NCBI RefSeq assembly: GCF_002105155.1
Contig: NW_019028996.1
Span: 310,001-374,000, forward strand
Direction: 5' to 3'
DNA from: Lobosporangium transversale
Taxonomy: Eukaryota
Length of the DNA: 64,000 nucleotides
How positions within the stretch are numbered: position 1 is the stretch's first letter; every line of letters begins with the position of its first letter. Below, one piece after another: positions 62,679 to 64,000 of the stretch. The notes beneath the pieces were generated by a model. That model searched no databases. It was not told the origin of the DNA and saw only the letters and a list, made by a program, of their open reading frames with translations. The position numbers were made by a program, and so were the translations under genes.

Positions 62679-64000
62679 AAAAGCTTAGAATCGCATCGCT
62701 AACTTTTTTTTTTTTTTTTTTAACTTGAATTATTGGTTTACAGGCCGCGTATATGACCACAAGGCACCCCGATTATGCTATCCTTGCAGCCCGAGTTGCG
62801 GCTTCAAACTTGCACAAGCAATCCAAAAATGACTTTTCGCAAGTGATCGAGGACCTGCACCGTTACGTCAATCCAAAGACCAACAAGCCTGCACCCATGA
62901 TCAGTGAACAAACTTATGCGGTTGTTATGAGACATGCCGATCAGCTCAACTCAGCCATCGTCTACGATCGCGATTTCAACTTTAACTACTTCGGCTTTAA
63001 GACCCTGGAACGATCATACCTCCTCAAGATCGATGGCAAGATAGTAGAGAGGCCTCAACAAATGCTCATGCGTGTTGCTGTTGGGATCCATGGTGAGGAT
63101 ATCGACAAGGCCATTGAAACTTATAACTACATGTCTGAAAAATATTTTACGCATGCATCTCCGATCCTGTTTAATGCTGGGACCCCAAGGCCTCAAATGT
63201 CAAGTTGTTTCCTCTTGACTATGAAGGATGACTCGATCGAAGGAATTTACGATACCCTCAAGTCTTGTGCCATGATCTCCAAGACTGCTGGTGGGATTGG
63301 CCTTAATGTCCATAACATCCGAGCCTCAGGTTCATATATTGCTGGTACGAATGGTCATTCTAACGGATTGATCCCTATGTTGAGGGTATTTAACAATACC
63401 GCGAGATATGTAGATCAAGGTGGAAACAAGCGGCCAGGAGCCTTTGCCATGTATTTGGAACCTTGGCATGCGGACGTGTTTGATTTTTTGGACCTTCGCA
63501 AGAATACAGGCAAGGAAGAGACTCGTGCTCGAGACTTGTTCCTGGGACTCTGGATCCCTGACCTGTTCATGAAACGAATTGAACAGAATGGCGATTGGAG
63601 TCTCTTTTGTCCTGCTGAGGCGCCTGGTCTACAAGATGTCTGGGGCGAAGAGTTTGAGAAACTCTATATGACCTACGAGCTGGAAGGACGGGCTCGTAAG
63701 ACTATCAAGGCTCAGAAGCTGTGGTTCGCAATCCTGGAGGCTCAAACAGAGACTGGAACGCCCTATATGCTTTATAAAGATGCCTGTAACCGCAAGTCGA
63801 ATCAACAGAACTTGGGGACTATCAAGTGTAGTAATCTCTGTACAGAGATCATCGAATACAGCAGCCCTGATGAGGTCGCTGTCTGTAACTTGGCCAGTAT
63901 TGCTCTTCCTACCTTTGTCATGACTGGTGACAATGGCATTCCAGTATTTGATTTCAAGATGCTCCACAAGATCACTAAAGTCGTAACTCGGAACCTGAAT
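62022..64000 (+). CDS. RNR1: Ribonucleotide reductase large subunit (class Ia), runs off the window end
   Basis: MFVYKR[D][15 protein letters not shown] cone; [61 protein letters not shown]. Confidence 0.98.

Noticed and set aside
63629..63967. Antisense ORF within RNR1, and similar antisense ORFs within other genes
   Set aside because: Shadow frames of well-supported genes on the opposite strand.

Overview
Eukaryotic, intron-rich fungal DNA. The gene content, the Crinkler/Fanzor family sequences and the long A/T homopolymers point to an early-diverging fungus, probably Mortierellaceae (inference). (1) 1-15.2 kb is an accessory island: a multi-exon putative PD-(D/E)xK-fold gene, an apparently intact 3-exon DD34E IS630/Tc1 transposase with two neighbouring orphan genes, two ~120-bp TG...CA LTRs, a Crinkler-type effector (header + P-loop NTPase + nuclease-like domain) and decayed TE fragments. 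(2) 15.4-33.8 kb is housekeeping: MKT1, SEC66, a TM7S3/TM198-like protein, an Egt2-like PLP lyase, head-to-head proteasome beta6/beta5, mitochondrial RRF and UBE2G1. At 18.6-20.7 kb it is interrupted by a PIF/Harbinger-type transposase relic with a chromodomain, directly followed by a decayed Fanzor (eukaryotic TnpB-like) C-terminus that is only partly visible in the ORF track. (3) An ~18.8-kb gene desert precedes an Msn2/Seb1-like C2H2 factor, followed by two low-complexity proteins, a DHHC palmitoyltransferase and the 5' part of RNR1, which appears to use a 3-nt micro-exon. Exon boundaries were read by eye and family calls come from remembered motifs; no database search was run.
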